Source: an uncultured delta proteobacterium (lineage in GTDB: Bacteria > Desulfobacterota > Binatia > UBA9968). From it: a stretch of 64,000 nucleotides of DNA. Of the stretch, positions 20,131 through 28,926 are shown one piece after another (the first letter of the stretch is position 1; every line of letters starts with the position of its first letter). The notes beneath the pieces were generated by a model. The model was not told the DNA's origin. It searched no databases and saw only the letters and a program-made list of their open reading frames with translations. The position numbers and the translations under genes are program-made. Location: positions 416,001-480,000 of the forward strand of contig CAWFJP010000014.1 in assembly GCA_963816145.1 (NCBI GenBank), written 5' to 3'.

Positions 20131-20209
20131 TCATCGCAGAGACACAGAGTTCGCAGAGGTAAGACATGGGGTTTGAAACTTGCCGGCGTGCATTTTGTCT
20201 CTGCGGTGA
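20131..20209. repeat. CGCAGAG-type 9-bp-periodic inverted element
   Basis: TCATCGCAGAGACACAGAGTTCGCAGAG...TTTGTCTCTGCGGTGA. Confidence 0.7.
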
Positions 20210-20273
20210 GATGTTTTTGGGTTTACAAACCGTCGACGCCTTGATTAGTATCAAAATGGTCAGGAGCGCAACC

Positions 20274-21281
20274 ATGATTCAGCTTGTCATCTTGTTAGTG
20301 TTGTTGTTTACGAATCCAGCGGTGTCTTCAGCCCAGACGATGGCGCAGATCGTCGAAGGCGCCAAGGCGGAAAAGGAACTGCTGACCTACGCGACGACCC
20401 AGGCGCCGGTGATGAATCGCTTGGTGCAGGGGTTCAATAAGAAATATCCGTTTATCAAGGTCGAGTACTACCGCGCCGGCGCGGAAAAGATCGCCCAGCG
20501 TTTCGATACCGAAGCCGCCGCGGGGCGTCATGTCGTCGATGTCGTCAACTTGAGCGGTTCGGAGATGTATTGGACGGCCAAGAAAGGCCATTTTGCAGTC
20601 TACGAGTCGCCAGAGCGAAAGTCGATTCGCCCAAGCTACAAGGACAAGCAAGGCTTGTGGACGGCGCAGTACTCGACCATTGCGGTCATCGGCTACAATC
20701 GCAAGCTGGTGGCGCCGGCTGACGTGCCGAAAAGTTATGACGATCTGCTCATGGCAAAATGGAAACGGCAGATCGGCTTGGACCAGACCGATGATGACTG
20801 GTACATGGTGTTAGTCCATGTGATGGGCGAAAAGAAAGCGGCGGAATTCATCCGCGCTCTGGCCAAGCAAAATGTCGAATTCCGCCGCGGCCGGCAGTTG
20901 GCGGCGGAGCTGCTCGCCGCCGGCGAGTGGGCGATGGCGCCGACCATGCGTATCGCCGCCGGCGAAGAGATTCGCAGGAAAGGCGCGCCAGTGGATTGGG
21001 TCGCCATTGAGCCGCTGTTTCCCAATCCGCCCAACGCTTTGGCGCTGGCACGGCGCGCGCCCCATGCCAACGCCGGCAAGTTGTGGATCGACTACATTCT
21101 TTCCAAGGAGGTCCAGGACTATTACGCCAACGAAGTCGGCGTCAGCGTCGGCCGCACCGACGTGGTCCTCGCTAACGAGCGGCTGCGCAAGTTGCGTTAC
21201 GGCGAGATCGATTGGCCAATCTATTTGGAGAAACTCCAGCATTACCAAGACGAATGGCGCAAAACCATGAAGCCTTACTGA
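20274..21281 (+). CDS. Extracellular solute-binding protein (Fe3+/thiamine/polyamine-type)
   Basis: FNKKYPFIKV, PKSYDDLL..KWK, APHANAGKLWIDYILS. Confidence 0.87.
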   Translation: MIQLVILLVLLFTNPAVSSAQTMAQIVEGAKAEKELLTYATTQAPVMNRLVQGFNKKYPFIKVEYYRAGAEKIAQRFDTEAAAGRHVVDVVNLSGSEMYWTAKKGHFAVYESPERKSIRPSYKDKQGLWTAQYSTIAVIGYNRKLVAPADVPKSYDDLLMAKWKRQIGLDQTDDDWYMVLVHVMGEKKAAEFIRALAKQNVEFRRGRQLAAELLAAGEWAMAPTMRIAAGEEIRRKGAPVDWVAIEPLFPNPPNALALARRAPHANAGKLWIDYILSKEVQDYYANEVGVSVGRTDVVLANERLRKLRYGEIDWPIYLEKLQHYQDEWRKTMKPY

Positions 21282-21295
21282 GCGCGGGAGATCTC

Positions 21296-22351
21296 ATGTT
21301 GTTATCCAGATGGAAAGTCTCGAAGGTCGTTTTAGCCGCTGTCACGGTGGTTTGCTGCGATATTGCCGGCGTGGCCGGCCAATCGTCGTTCTTCGAGGGC
21401 AAGAGTATCAGACTGATTGTCGGCTATCCCGCCGGCACCACCCACGACATCTGGGCCAGAACAGTTTCGCCTTACGTGAAAAAATATCTTCCCGGTAATC
21501 CCGATTTCATCGTGCAGTCGATGCCCGGCGCGGGCTCCATGGTGGCGGTCAATTATCTCTATGGTGTCGCCAAACCCGACGGTTTGACGCTGGCGACGTT
21601 CAACGCGGCGCTCTACTTCGAACAGCTCATCGGCCGCAAGGAAGTACAGTTCGACTGGCCCAAGCTCAGTTGGATCGGCAGCTCGACGCCGGCGACGCGG
21701 TTATTCTACATCCGCGCCGACAATCCCTATGCCACCATCGCCGATCTGCGCAGGGCCGCCGAGGCGCCGAAATGTGGCACGGCGGGGCGCGGCAATAGCG
21801 GCTATATACTGCCTAAGCTGTTCGAGGAAGCTCTCGGCCTCAAGCTCGCAATCGTTACCGGTTATCCGGGCGGCGGTGAAGTCGATTTGGCGATCGAGAA
21901 GGGCGAAGTGCAATGCAACTCCACGTCGCTCTCGGTTTATTTCGGCCGCGAACCGTTTCACACCTGGCGCAAGAAGAACTTCGTGCGCGTGCTGATTCAG
22001 ACCGGAAACAAACGTGACGCCCGGCTCGCCGACGTGCCGACGATTTACGAACTCATGGATCAATACAAGACCCCGGAGGCGAGCCGCCGTTTGACCGCGG
22101 TCTTTCTCGACGCCGGACGCTTCGGCTCCTGGCCCATCGCCGCGCCGCCGGGGTTGCCCCCCGAGCGGACAAAGATGTTTCGCGATGCCTTCGTCAGAGC
22201 GCTGAACGATCCGGCTCTGCTGGCGGAAGCGGCGAAGAAACAACTGGAAGTCGAAACCATTCGGGGTGAGGAGCTTGAAAGCCTTGCCAAGGAAGCGATA
22301 GCTCAGCCCCGTGAGGTGGTCGAGCGGCTGAAGGATTTGCTGACCAACTAG
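21296..22351 (+). CDS. Bug/TctC-like tripartite tricarboxylate transporter substrate-binding protein
   Basis: IVGYPAG, MPGAGS, AKPDGLT, TGYPGG, DVPT, APPG. Confidence 0.87.
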   Translation: MLLSRWKVSKVVLAAVTVVCCDIAGVAGQSSFFEGKSIRLIVGYPAGTTHDIWARTVSPYVKKYLPGNPDFIVQSMPGAGSMVAVNYLYGVAKPDGLTLATFNAALYFEQLIGRKEVQFDWPKLSWIGSSTPATRLFYIRADNPYATIADLRRAAEAPKCGTAGRGNSGYILPKLFEEALGLKLAIVTGYPGGGEVDLAIEKGEVQCNSTSLSVYFGREPFHTWRKKNFVRVLIQTGNKRDARLADVPTIYELMDQYKTPEASRRLTAVFLDAGRFGSWPIAAPPGLPPERTKMFRDAFVRALNDPALLAEAAKKQLEVETIRGEELESLAKEAIAQPREVVERLKDLLTN

Positions 22352-22424
22352 TTAATGATGCGACAATACTTTGTGATAACGTTGACAGCCCTGCGACAGC
22401 GCAGAAAGGACTGTTAATTTCGAT

Positions 22425-23441
22425 ATGTCAGCCTATGGCCGCGTGAAAATTGTGCATCGGGCTTTTGTCCGCGCTTTGCTGATCACGGCAATTCTTTTCA
22501 CCTCTCGCGGATCGGTTTGTGCCGCCGATAAGCTGCGCATGGCGTACGTGAGTCCGAGCATCACCTTGTCGCTGCCGTGGGTAGCCAAGGAGCTGGGAAT
22601 TTTGGCGAAACACGATCTGGTCGCCGAGATTCTGCTGATCACTGGCAGCCCACGCTTGGTCCAGACGCTGATCTCCGGCGATGTTGAAGTCGTGTTCGCC
22701 GGTGTCACGGCGCTCACTCGCGCGCGCATCCGCGGTGCGGATGTGGCGATACTCGGTGCAGCGGCTAATCTTTCCAGCCAGAAATTGATTGTCGGCCGGA
22801 ACTCGAAAATCCGCCGTCTCGAAGACGTGAAAGGCGCGACCATCGGCGTGTCGCAGTTTGGTTCCGAGGCCGACACCTTTACGCGCAACGCGCTGGCGAC
22901 GGTCGGACTCCGGCCGGACCGAGATGTGACGATTCTTCAACTGGGCGGCCATCCGCAGGTCGCTGCCGCCATGGTCGCGGGAAAATTGGAAGTCGGTGCG
23001 TTGGCCGGGCTCGCGGCGCTCACCGCGGAACGCGCCGGAGCGCGTCTGCTCACCAGCGCTGTGGAGCTCAAGATTCTCTCGCCCTCCGGCACCTTCGCGA
23101 CCACGCGCGGTTATATTCAGCGCAAGAGAACTGTTGTCGAGCGGCTGATGCGCTCATTTGTCGAAGCGGTGCATTATCTCAAAACTAACCGCGCCGGCTC
23201 GATCGTGTTGCTGCAAAAATACTTCGGCGGTTTGAACATGGAGGAAGCGGCCTATCTTTACGATGAACAAGTCGATTTATTGGAACGATTGCCGGGACCC
23301 AACGACAAGGCGCTGCAAGCGGTGCTCGATCGAGAGAACGATGCGAAGTTGAAAACCATGTCTCCAGCGGATTTTGTCGACGCGAGCTTTTCTAAAGAGA
23401 TCGAAAAAAGCGGCTTGATCGAGCAACTGTATCGGAAGTAG
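22425..23441 (+). CDS. ABC transporter substrate-binding protein, NMT1/THI5-like
   Basis: Signal peptide, DVKGATIGVSQFGS, PDRDVTILQLG. Confidence 0.87.
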   Translation: MSAYGRVKIVHRAFVRALLITAILFTSRGSVCAADKLRMAYVSPSITLSLPWVAKELGILAKHDLVAEILLITGSPRLVQTLISGDVEVVFAGVTALTRARIRGADVAILGAAANLSSQKLIVGRNSKIRRLEDVKGATIGVSQFGSEADTFTRNALATVGLRPDRDVTILQLGGHPQVAAAMVAGKLEVGALAGLAALTAERAGARLLTSAVELKILSPSGTFATTRGYIQRKRTVVERLMRSFVEAVHYLKTNRAGSIVLLQKYFGGLNMEEAAYLYDEQVDLLERLPGPNDKALQAVLDRENDAKLKTMSPADFVDASFSKEIEKSGLIEQLYRK

Positions 23442-23469
23442 TGTTAGTGAGAATGGCAGACCCTGAGGC

Positions 23470-23690
23470 AAAGCTCGAAATCCCAAATCCGAAAGCGGCC
23501 CCGCGGCCCGAAACAAACCCAGCAAATTCAAATCCGAAATCCGAAGTACGAAATCCGAAACAAACTCCAGTCAAATAAACCCAAACCCGAAGAAAATTAA
23601 AACGTCGAATTTAAAAGTTGTTTTGAATTTTGCATATTTTGGTCATTTGAATTTGTTTCGGATTTCGATATTAGAATTTCCGATTTTCGA
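23470..23690. repeat. 7-bp-periodic inverted-arm element (AAATCCG type), composite
   Basis: AAATCCGAAATCCGAAGTACGAAATCCGAAACAAA...TTTGTTTCGGATTTCGATATTAGAATTTCCGATTT. Confidence 0.82.
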
Positions 23691-23760
23691 GTGTTGGCGC
23701 GGCAAATTGTATTGATTAGATTTGTTAGGAATCTAATCCCAAACACGAAAGGAGAAAATC

Positions 23761-24123
23761 ATGGCACGCATCGGACATATCGCATTACTGACCAAGGACA
23801 CTGAGAAACTCGCGGGCTTTTATAAGACTTCGTTCGGTCTCAACGAGGTTGCGCGCAGCGGCGAAGTGGGCGAGAACGGCCAGGCGATTTATCTTTCCGA
23901 CGGGCATATCAATCTAGCGATTCTGCCGGCGCGCAACCGCAAAGAGGGGATCTTTCACTTCGGCATGCAGGTGGAGGACGTCAAGGGCGCGGTCAGCACC
24001 GCCAAGGCCAACGGCGCCACCGGCGGCACGGACAAGCTGCCAAGAGACGGCCGGTTTGCCGAGACTTTCGTCCTCGATCCAGTGGGGACGCGGGTGGATT
24101 TATCGCCGGGGTGGAAAGTGTGA
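23761..24123 (+). CDS. VOC/glyoxalase family protein
   Basis: IGHIAL, LSDGHINLA, HFGMQV, DPVG.RVDLS; AAAGGAG RBS. Confidence 0.88.
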   Translation: MARIGHIALLTKDTEKLAGFYKTSFGLNEVARSGEVGENGQAIYLSDGHINLAILPARNRKEGIFHFGMQVEDVKGAVSTAKANGATGGTDKLPRDGRFAETFVLDPVGTRVDLSPGWKV

Positions 24124-24170
24124 CGTAGCGCTGCGCTGGGTATCCGGCGTCCGGTTTCAAGAGTTCATTG

Positions 24171-24288
24171 CTCATAAACCCCGCCTCTTGAGGCGGGCAT
24201 AACTAAATGGGGTTTCCAAGGGGGCAAGCATCCCCTTTGGTCAAGGGCGGGGTTAAATTCCCGCCCGCGAAGTAGTTTCGTTTAATGA
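24171..24288. repeat. Possible MITE-like element with three internal hairpins
   Basis: Short imperfect terminal IR (TCATAAAC / GTTTAATGA); hairpins CCCGCCTC-TT-GAGGCGGG, CCAAGGGGG..CCCCTTTGG, GGGCGGG..CCCGCCC. Confidence 0.45.
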
Positions 24289-24326
24289 CTGACCCGGTGT
24301 TTACGCGTTGTCATTAGCTCATCGAG

Positions 24327-25346
24327 ATGGTGGGGCAGGTAATGCGATCAATCAAATTCAGCAAGCTCTGTTTGTCGGTAGCGCTCGGAATATTGGTTTT
24401 ACGAGGACAAGTGTTTGCGCAGTCGACGCTGGAGCGCATCAACGCGATCTATGCGTCGCTCGCCGGCGATCACGCCGCGCTTTACGTGGCCCAAGAGATG
24501 GGCTTGTTCCGCAAGTACGGTCTCGATGTGAATCTCAGCTATACCGCCGGAGCGGCGCAGGTGATTCAGACTATGATGGCGGGAGAGAATCAGATCGCCA
24601 CGGCCGGCGGCAGCGGCGTGGTCGACGCCGATTTCGCCGGTGCCGATCTGGTCGCAGTGGCCGGCATGGTCAACATCCCGGCGTTTTATATCGTCGTCCA
24701 ACCGGAGATCAAATCGATTCAAGATTTGCGCGGCAAGCCGGTGGGCATCACCCGCTTCGGCTCGTCCACCGATTTCACCATGCGCTATATTTTGAAGAAG
24801 GCGGGCCTGGAACCGGACAAAGACGTGCCGCTTTTACAAATGGGCGGCCAGCCGGAGCTCGCCGCGGGCATCGAAGCGCGGCGGATATTTGCCGCGCCAA
24901 TGACCCCGCCGGCATTGCAAAAGACCCTCAAGGCCGGAGCGAGAATTCAGATCCCGCCCAAGACCATCGGACTAAGCTTTCCGCACGTCGGTATCGTCGT
25001 GCGCAAAACTTATCTCGCCGCGCACCGCCAGGTCGTGAAGAATTTCATCGCCGGTTATTCCGAGGGCGTCGCCATGCTGCAAAAAGACAAGGAAGGCAGC
25101 AAGAAAGCGATCGCCAAGTTTCTCCACACCGACGACCCCGAAGTTCTCGAAGCCAGTTGGCAGTTCGGCGTCGACGTGATCGAACGCACTCCCAATCTCG
25201 ATCCCGAAATGTTCAAGCTTGTCCTCGACGAGCGCGCCCAAACCCGGCCGGAAGCGAAAAAATATAAACCGGAGCAGTTTTTTGACGACAGTGTGGTGAA
25301 GGAGCTGGAGAAAGAAGGGTTTTTCAAGAAGATCTTTGCGCGGTGA
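24327..25346 (+). CDS. ABC transporter substrate-binding protein, NMT1/THI5-like
   Basis: GLFRKYGLDV, DLRGKPVGITRFGSSTD, PDKDV. Confidence 0.88.
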   Translation: MVGQVMRSIKFSKLCLSVALGILVLRGQVFAQSTLERINAIYASLAGDHAALYVAQEMGLFRKYGLDVNLSYTAGAAQVIQTMMAGENQIATAGGSGVVDADFAGADLVAVAGMVNIPAFYIVVQPEIKSIQDLRGKPVGITRFGSSTDFTMRYILKKAGLEPDKDVPLLQMGGQPELAAGIEARRIFAAPMTPPALQKTLKAGARIQIPPKTIGLSFPHVGIVVRKTYLAAHRQVVKNFIAGYSEGVAMLQKDKEGSKKAIAKFLHTDDPEVLEASWQFGVDVIERTPNLDPEMFKLVLDERAQTRPEAKKYKPEQFFDDSVVKELEKEGFFKKIFAR

Positions 25347-25496
25347 TGAGGTACAAGCGACCAAAGTAACCATCCGTAGAACTACGGTGAATGCGCAAAA
25401 GTGGAAATTGATTCGAAATCGACCCGATTAGTAGAGGAGACATGTTCATTGCGGCCTGGTATGATATCTGACTATTGAAAATCAGTGGGAGATGAA

Positions 25497-25730
25497 ATGT
25501 CACAAATGTTTGCCATTCAAATGGAAGTGCCAGACGATTTAGCACGGTTTCGGTTGCCTCCGGCCGTTGACACGCGTCTCCAACTACTACTGGACCGTCA
25601 AGATGGCGGTGAACGGTTGACTACGGCGGAACGGAAAGAAGCCCAAGGCTTGGTAAATCTAGCCGAGATGCTTTCGCTCCTGCGCTTGCGCGCTCGGCGC
25701 ATAAGCAGCGATCGTCGCGCAAAAAAATAA
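25497..25730 (+). CDS. Small helical protein translationally coupled to an HNH gene (putative antitoxin-like partner)
   Basis: 77 aa, RLQLLLDRQ..G.RLT..E..E; TAATG stop/start overlap with the HNH gene. Confidence 0.7.
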   Translation: MSQMFAIQMEVPDDLARFRLPPAVDTRLQLLLDRQDGGERLTTAERKEAQGLVNLAEMLSLLRLRARRISSDRRAKK

Positions 25731-26146
25731 TGAGCAACATCCCTGCTCGCTCCCGCCGCTTGGTTGTGATGCGGGCGGGAGGGCGATGCGAATATTGTGG
25801 TTTGTCGCAGGATAGCCAAGAAGCCACGTTTCACATCGACCACATCTTGCCTAAGGCCGCCGGTGGTTCATCCATCGCCCAAAATTTGGCTCTTGCATGT
25901 GTCTCCTGTTCATTGCGCAAGGAGGCCCGACGTTCAGCGATTGATCCCCATAGCGGTCGCAGAGTGGCCCTGTTTCATCCGCGTCGCCAGCGCTGGTACG
26001 ATCACTTTCGGTGGGCGGGGCCACGCGTTTTAGGTTTATCCGCGACGGGTCGGGCCACCGTTGCGGCACTTCGAATGAATCGTCCGTTAATATTGGCAAT
26101 ACGCGCGGAAGAGATACTACGGGGGCGGCATCCACCGACGAGTTAG
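25730..26146 (+). CDS. HNH endonuclease
   Basis: CEYC, HIDHILP..GG, NLALACVSC, LFHPR...W..HF. Confidence 0.9.
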   Translation: MSNIPARSRRLVVMRAGGRCEYCGLSQDSQEATFHIDHILPKAAGGSSIAQNLALACVSCSLRKEARRSAIDPHSGRRVALFHPRRQRWYDHFRWAGPRVLGLSATGRATVAALRMNRPLILAIRAEEILRGRHPPTS

Positions 26147-26169
26147 GTCCTGGCGCGGCGCGATTTTTG

Positions 26170-26301
26170 AAGCTCGTCCTCGAGGAGCGCGCCCAAACCC
26201 GGCCGGAAGCGAAAAAATATAAACCGGAGCAGTTTTTCGACGACAGTGTGGTAAAGGAGCTGGAGAAGGAAGGGTTTTTCAAGAAGATCTTTGCGCGGTG
26301 A
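26170..26301 (+). pseudogene. Orphan 132-bp duplicate of the 3' end of the SBP gene (25215-25346)
   Basis: 5 differences in 132 bp, all at third codon positions; ends at the same TGA. Confidence 0.92.
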
Positions 26302-26593
26302 GGCGACGCGCGAATGAGGAGGGAGTTGCCTGGGCATCGAAATGTTAACGCAATGATCATTTATACCCACGTCCTAAATCGCAACCAAAAATGAGTCCGG
26401 AGCTAGGCATATTTGTCGACTGTCCCCAATCGTTCGCAGTGTAATATTCATACACTGACCCGTGTATGACAGAGTGGTGTTTGGTCAAAAACGTTGATAG
26501 ATATTCGAAATCGTTGTCGAAGTCGCCCATCGTGAACGGCTTGAAAAATATTTATACGCTGGTCACTGTACTCACAAGTTAGGTGCCACTCTC

Positions 26594-27052
26594 ATGCTGC
26601 GAGTGTATTGCGACACAGGGGCGTATCGGTCCGAGCTCATGAAGTATGAGCAAGACGGACTGATCTCGGTTCATCAGTTCAAGTATGAAAATGCGAACCG
26701 TCATATAAGGCATGCAGCAGTTCCGTCCAATCCAACGTGGGACGAGATGAAGAACTACACTTGGGCCGACCTAAAGAAAATCGAAGAACTGAGAAACCTC
26801 ACCTGGGAGAGCGTAGAGCACACATCGGACAAGTTGAATGACATCATGGCGCTCGTTGGGACGAAGAACCTAATTGACGCGAAGCATTTGGATTCTGCAG
26901 TTGCTTCCGGGTGCAGCATCTTCCTCACTAGCGACAAGAAAGACATTTGGTCAAAGCGAGAAGCCCTCAAGTCGTTGACCGGGCTTCTAGTTCTTCACGT
27001 CACGACAGAGTGGGCAATCTTTGTTCAATTGGTCGAGAAAAATGACGCCTAA
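26594..27052 (+). CDS. Cassette 1: PIN-domain-like protein
   Basis: VYCDT at the N-terminus, DAKHLDSA, FLTSDK; acidic-residue pattern of PIN RNases. Confidence 0.65.
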   Translation: MLRVYCDTGAYRSELMKYEQDGLISVHQFKYENANRHIRHAAVPSNPTWDEMKNYTWADLKKIEELRNLTWESVEHTSDKLNDIMALVGTKNLIDAKHLDSAVASGCSIFLTSDKKDIWSKREALKSLTGLLVLHVTTEWAIFVQLVEKNDA

Positions 27053-27133
27053 CCCGCGGCTTAAGACTGATGTCAAGAACGCTCGCCTGAGAGGCTCGCT
27101 TATTCGCCACGGCTTAGCCGCATAGCGTTAAAC
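27047..27133 (+). other. attC site 1 (87 bp)
   Basis: GCCTAAC overlapping the stop codon; GCTTAAG / CTTAGC L boxes; GTTAAAC. Confidence 0.85.
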
Positions 27134-27147
27134 GGCACCTTGATCCG

Positions 27148-27969
27148 ATGACACAAGAACACGCGACCGAGAAGCAGCCTATCGCACCCGAATGGGCGAC
27201 TCAGCCGTTTCATCGTTTTCTCGACCAAGCCGAACGACTCGGGGATGTTGTTCAACTTAGCGTCCGTGGCATTTCTGTATTTCTCGCTATCCCCAGCGCT
27301 GTTGCAGTTCTCGCAAAAGTCGAAGAGAAGGACAAGACCACTGAGCATAAGCAGCGATTAGAACGCGTACGCAAGGATGCCGAGTTGGCACAGCGCGAGA
27401 TTGAGACCGGCTTTCCCATCGTCTTCGCAAACGCAACCGTTGCTTTATGGTCGTTTCTTGAATCAATGGTCCGCGCCACTCTTGTTGCGTGGCTGAAGAA
27501 TGACTCAAAAGCGTTCCAAAGTGACGCAATCGCCAAACTGCGCGTTAGATTGGGAGAGTACGAACGACTTATGCAAGACGAGCGATATCACTACGTCGCG
27601 GAACTACTCGAGGCCGAGCTCGCCGCTGGCTTAAGAAATGGCGTCGAACGATTCGAGGTAATGCTAAAACCGTTTGGATTGGACGGTTCTGTTCCAGAAA
27701 AGCTACGTCGCGACATGTTCGAATTCGGTCAAATTAGAAACGCGATTGTTCATAGGGGCGGACACGTTGATCGTCAGCTTTCGAACGCGTGCCCTTGGCT
27801 CGGATTTGCCGTTGGGGAGGAACTGCCAATAGGTCGAGATCATTTCAACCGATACGGGGAAGCTGCACACTACTATGTTATCTTGCTTATCTGCCGCATG
27901 GGCGAGTGTTTCGGGAAAGATATGACCGACGAGAAGCAATCGGTTATTGCAAAGTATGGACCCGGTTAA
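27148..27969 (+). CDS. Cassette 2: HEPN-like protein
   Basis: Helical protein with an R-x4-H motif (RNAIVH) and an upstream SFLE helix. Confidence 0.6.
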   Translation: MTQEHATEKQPIAPEWATQPFHRFLDQAERLGDVVQLSVRGISVFLAIPSAVAVLAKVEEKDKTTEHKQRLERVRKDAELAQREIETGFPIVFANATVALWSFLESMVRATLVAWLKNDSKAFQSDAIAKLRVRLGEYERLMQDERYHYVAELLEAELAAGLRNGVERFEVMLKPFGLDGSVPEKLRRDMFEFGQIRNAIVHRGGHVDRQLSNACPWLGFAVGEELPIGRDHFNRYGEAAHYYVILLICRMGECFGKDMTDEKQSVIAKYGPG

Positions 27970-28035
27970 CAACGCGTTCGAAAGAGGACGCCGTGCGAGA
28001 AAGCGGTAGCGCGCCGTTCAACGCGGGCGTTAGGC
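27964..28035 (+). other. attC site 2 (72 bp)
   Basis: GGTTAAC overlapping the stop codon; GCGTTCGAA / TTCAACGC; GTTAGGC. Confidence 0.87.
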
Positions 28036-28080
28036 AGGCTTGCCGGGTGCGGCCGAGAATGGAACGGGTATAAGACAGAG

Positions 28081-28818
28081 ATGACCGATTACTCAATAAA
28101 AAAGCATCTTCTCACTGAAAAAGAGTCCTCACGGCTTGAGCAACTGGGCGTCGAACTAGCTCCGAGTTCGTTGAAGTTAGAACGAGCGCTTTCACGTCGC
28201 GAGATGTTGGAGGTGTGGGGTATCATTTGGGCCCTCCGGGAACGAACCGCAGATCCAGAGAACGGCATTCAATTTGCCGTCGGGGATTGGTTGGTTGCTG
28301 CCGAATCGAGGTTTGGTAATTTTTGTGACCTTGTCCGAGAGGACGGCCTTCCACGCCCTAGAGTGATGATTTGCTACAAACACCAGGATTCGGAACGAGA
28401 CCAATGGGTTCAACGACTCTGTACTGATTTGCGGTCGAAGTTCGGAGTCGATGCAAAGCTCGACGATTTCGAAGTTGACTACGGTCAATCGTTCAGCGAC
28501 TACATGACATCGGAAATTGATCGCGAATGTGATGCGTTGTTATTCGTTATTACGTCGGCATCAGTTGCAGCCGTGGACGAGAAAAAAGCTGGCGGAGTTC
28601 ATTTTGAAATGCAATTAGCGAATGCGAGGCGAATTCGCGATTTGAGCTTCCGCATAATAGGAGTCTACCGCGAAGGTACTGAGATGACATCGTACCTACA
28701 TGACCTTCGCTACATAGATTTCAGAGATGATGGTTTGTACGGGACCCAGATTCGAGAATTGGCCCTCTCTCTGTGGGGCCAACGGAACAGGCCGCTTCTG
28801 CGGGATCAACTCGCATGA
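28081..28818 (+). CDS. Cassette 3: TIR/SEFIR-domain protein with an unknown N-terminal domain
   Basis: RVMICYKH..WV..L..DL...GVDA.LD, GGVHFE (candidate catalytic Glu), YIDFR. Confidence 0.8.
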   Translation: MTDYSIKKHLLTEKESSRLEQLGVELAPSSLKLERALSRREMLEVWGIIWALRERTADPENGIQFAVGDWLVAAESRFGNFCDLVREDGLPRPRVMICYKHQDSERDQWVQRLCTDLRSKFGVDAKLDDFEVDYGQSFSDYMTSEIDRECDALLFVITSASVAAVDEKKAGGVHFEMQLANARRIRDLSFRIIGVYREGTEMTSYLHDLRYIDFRDDGLYGTQIRELALSLWGQRNRPLLRDQLA

Positions 28819-28840
28819 GATCGATTGAGCGCAACCGGTT

Positions 28841-28904
28841 GCCTAACAACCGGTTTGAGTCCAGCGTTCCTAAACGTAGCGCGACTTAACCGTAAGCGTT
28901 AAGC
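28841..28904 (+). other. attC site 3 (64 bp)
   Basis: GCCTAAC; CGGTTTGAGTC / GACTTAACCG; GTTAAGC. Confidence 0.87.
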
Positions 28905-28926
28905 GGACAGTAGAGGAAATGCATTC

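Noticed and set aside
26142-26148. GTTAGGT after the HNH gene as an attC R' box
   Set aside because: It overlaps the HNH stop codon and has no upstream RYYYAAC or L boxes; probably coincidental.
26011-26301. 96-aa ORF as a gene
   Set aside because: It is a chimera of an HNH alternative frame and the duplicated SBP tail.
26455-26580. LexA box upstream of the cassette array
   Set aside because: The CTG..CAG spacing does not fit CTGT-N8-ACAG.
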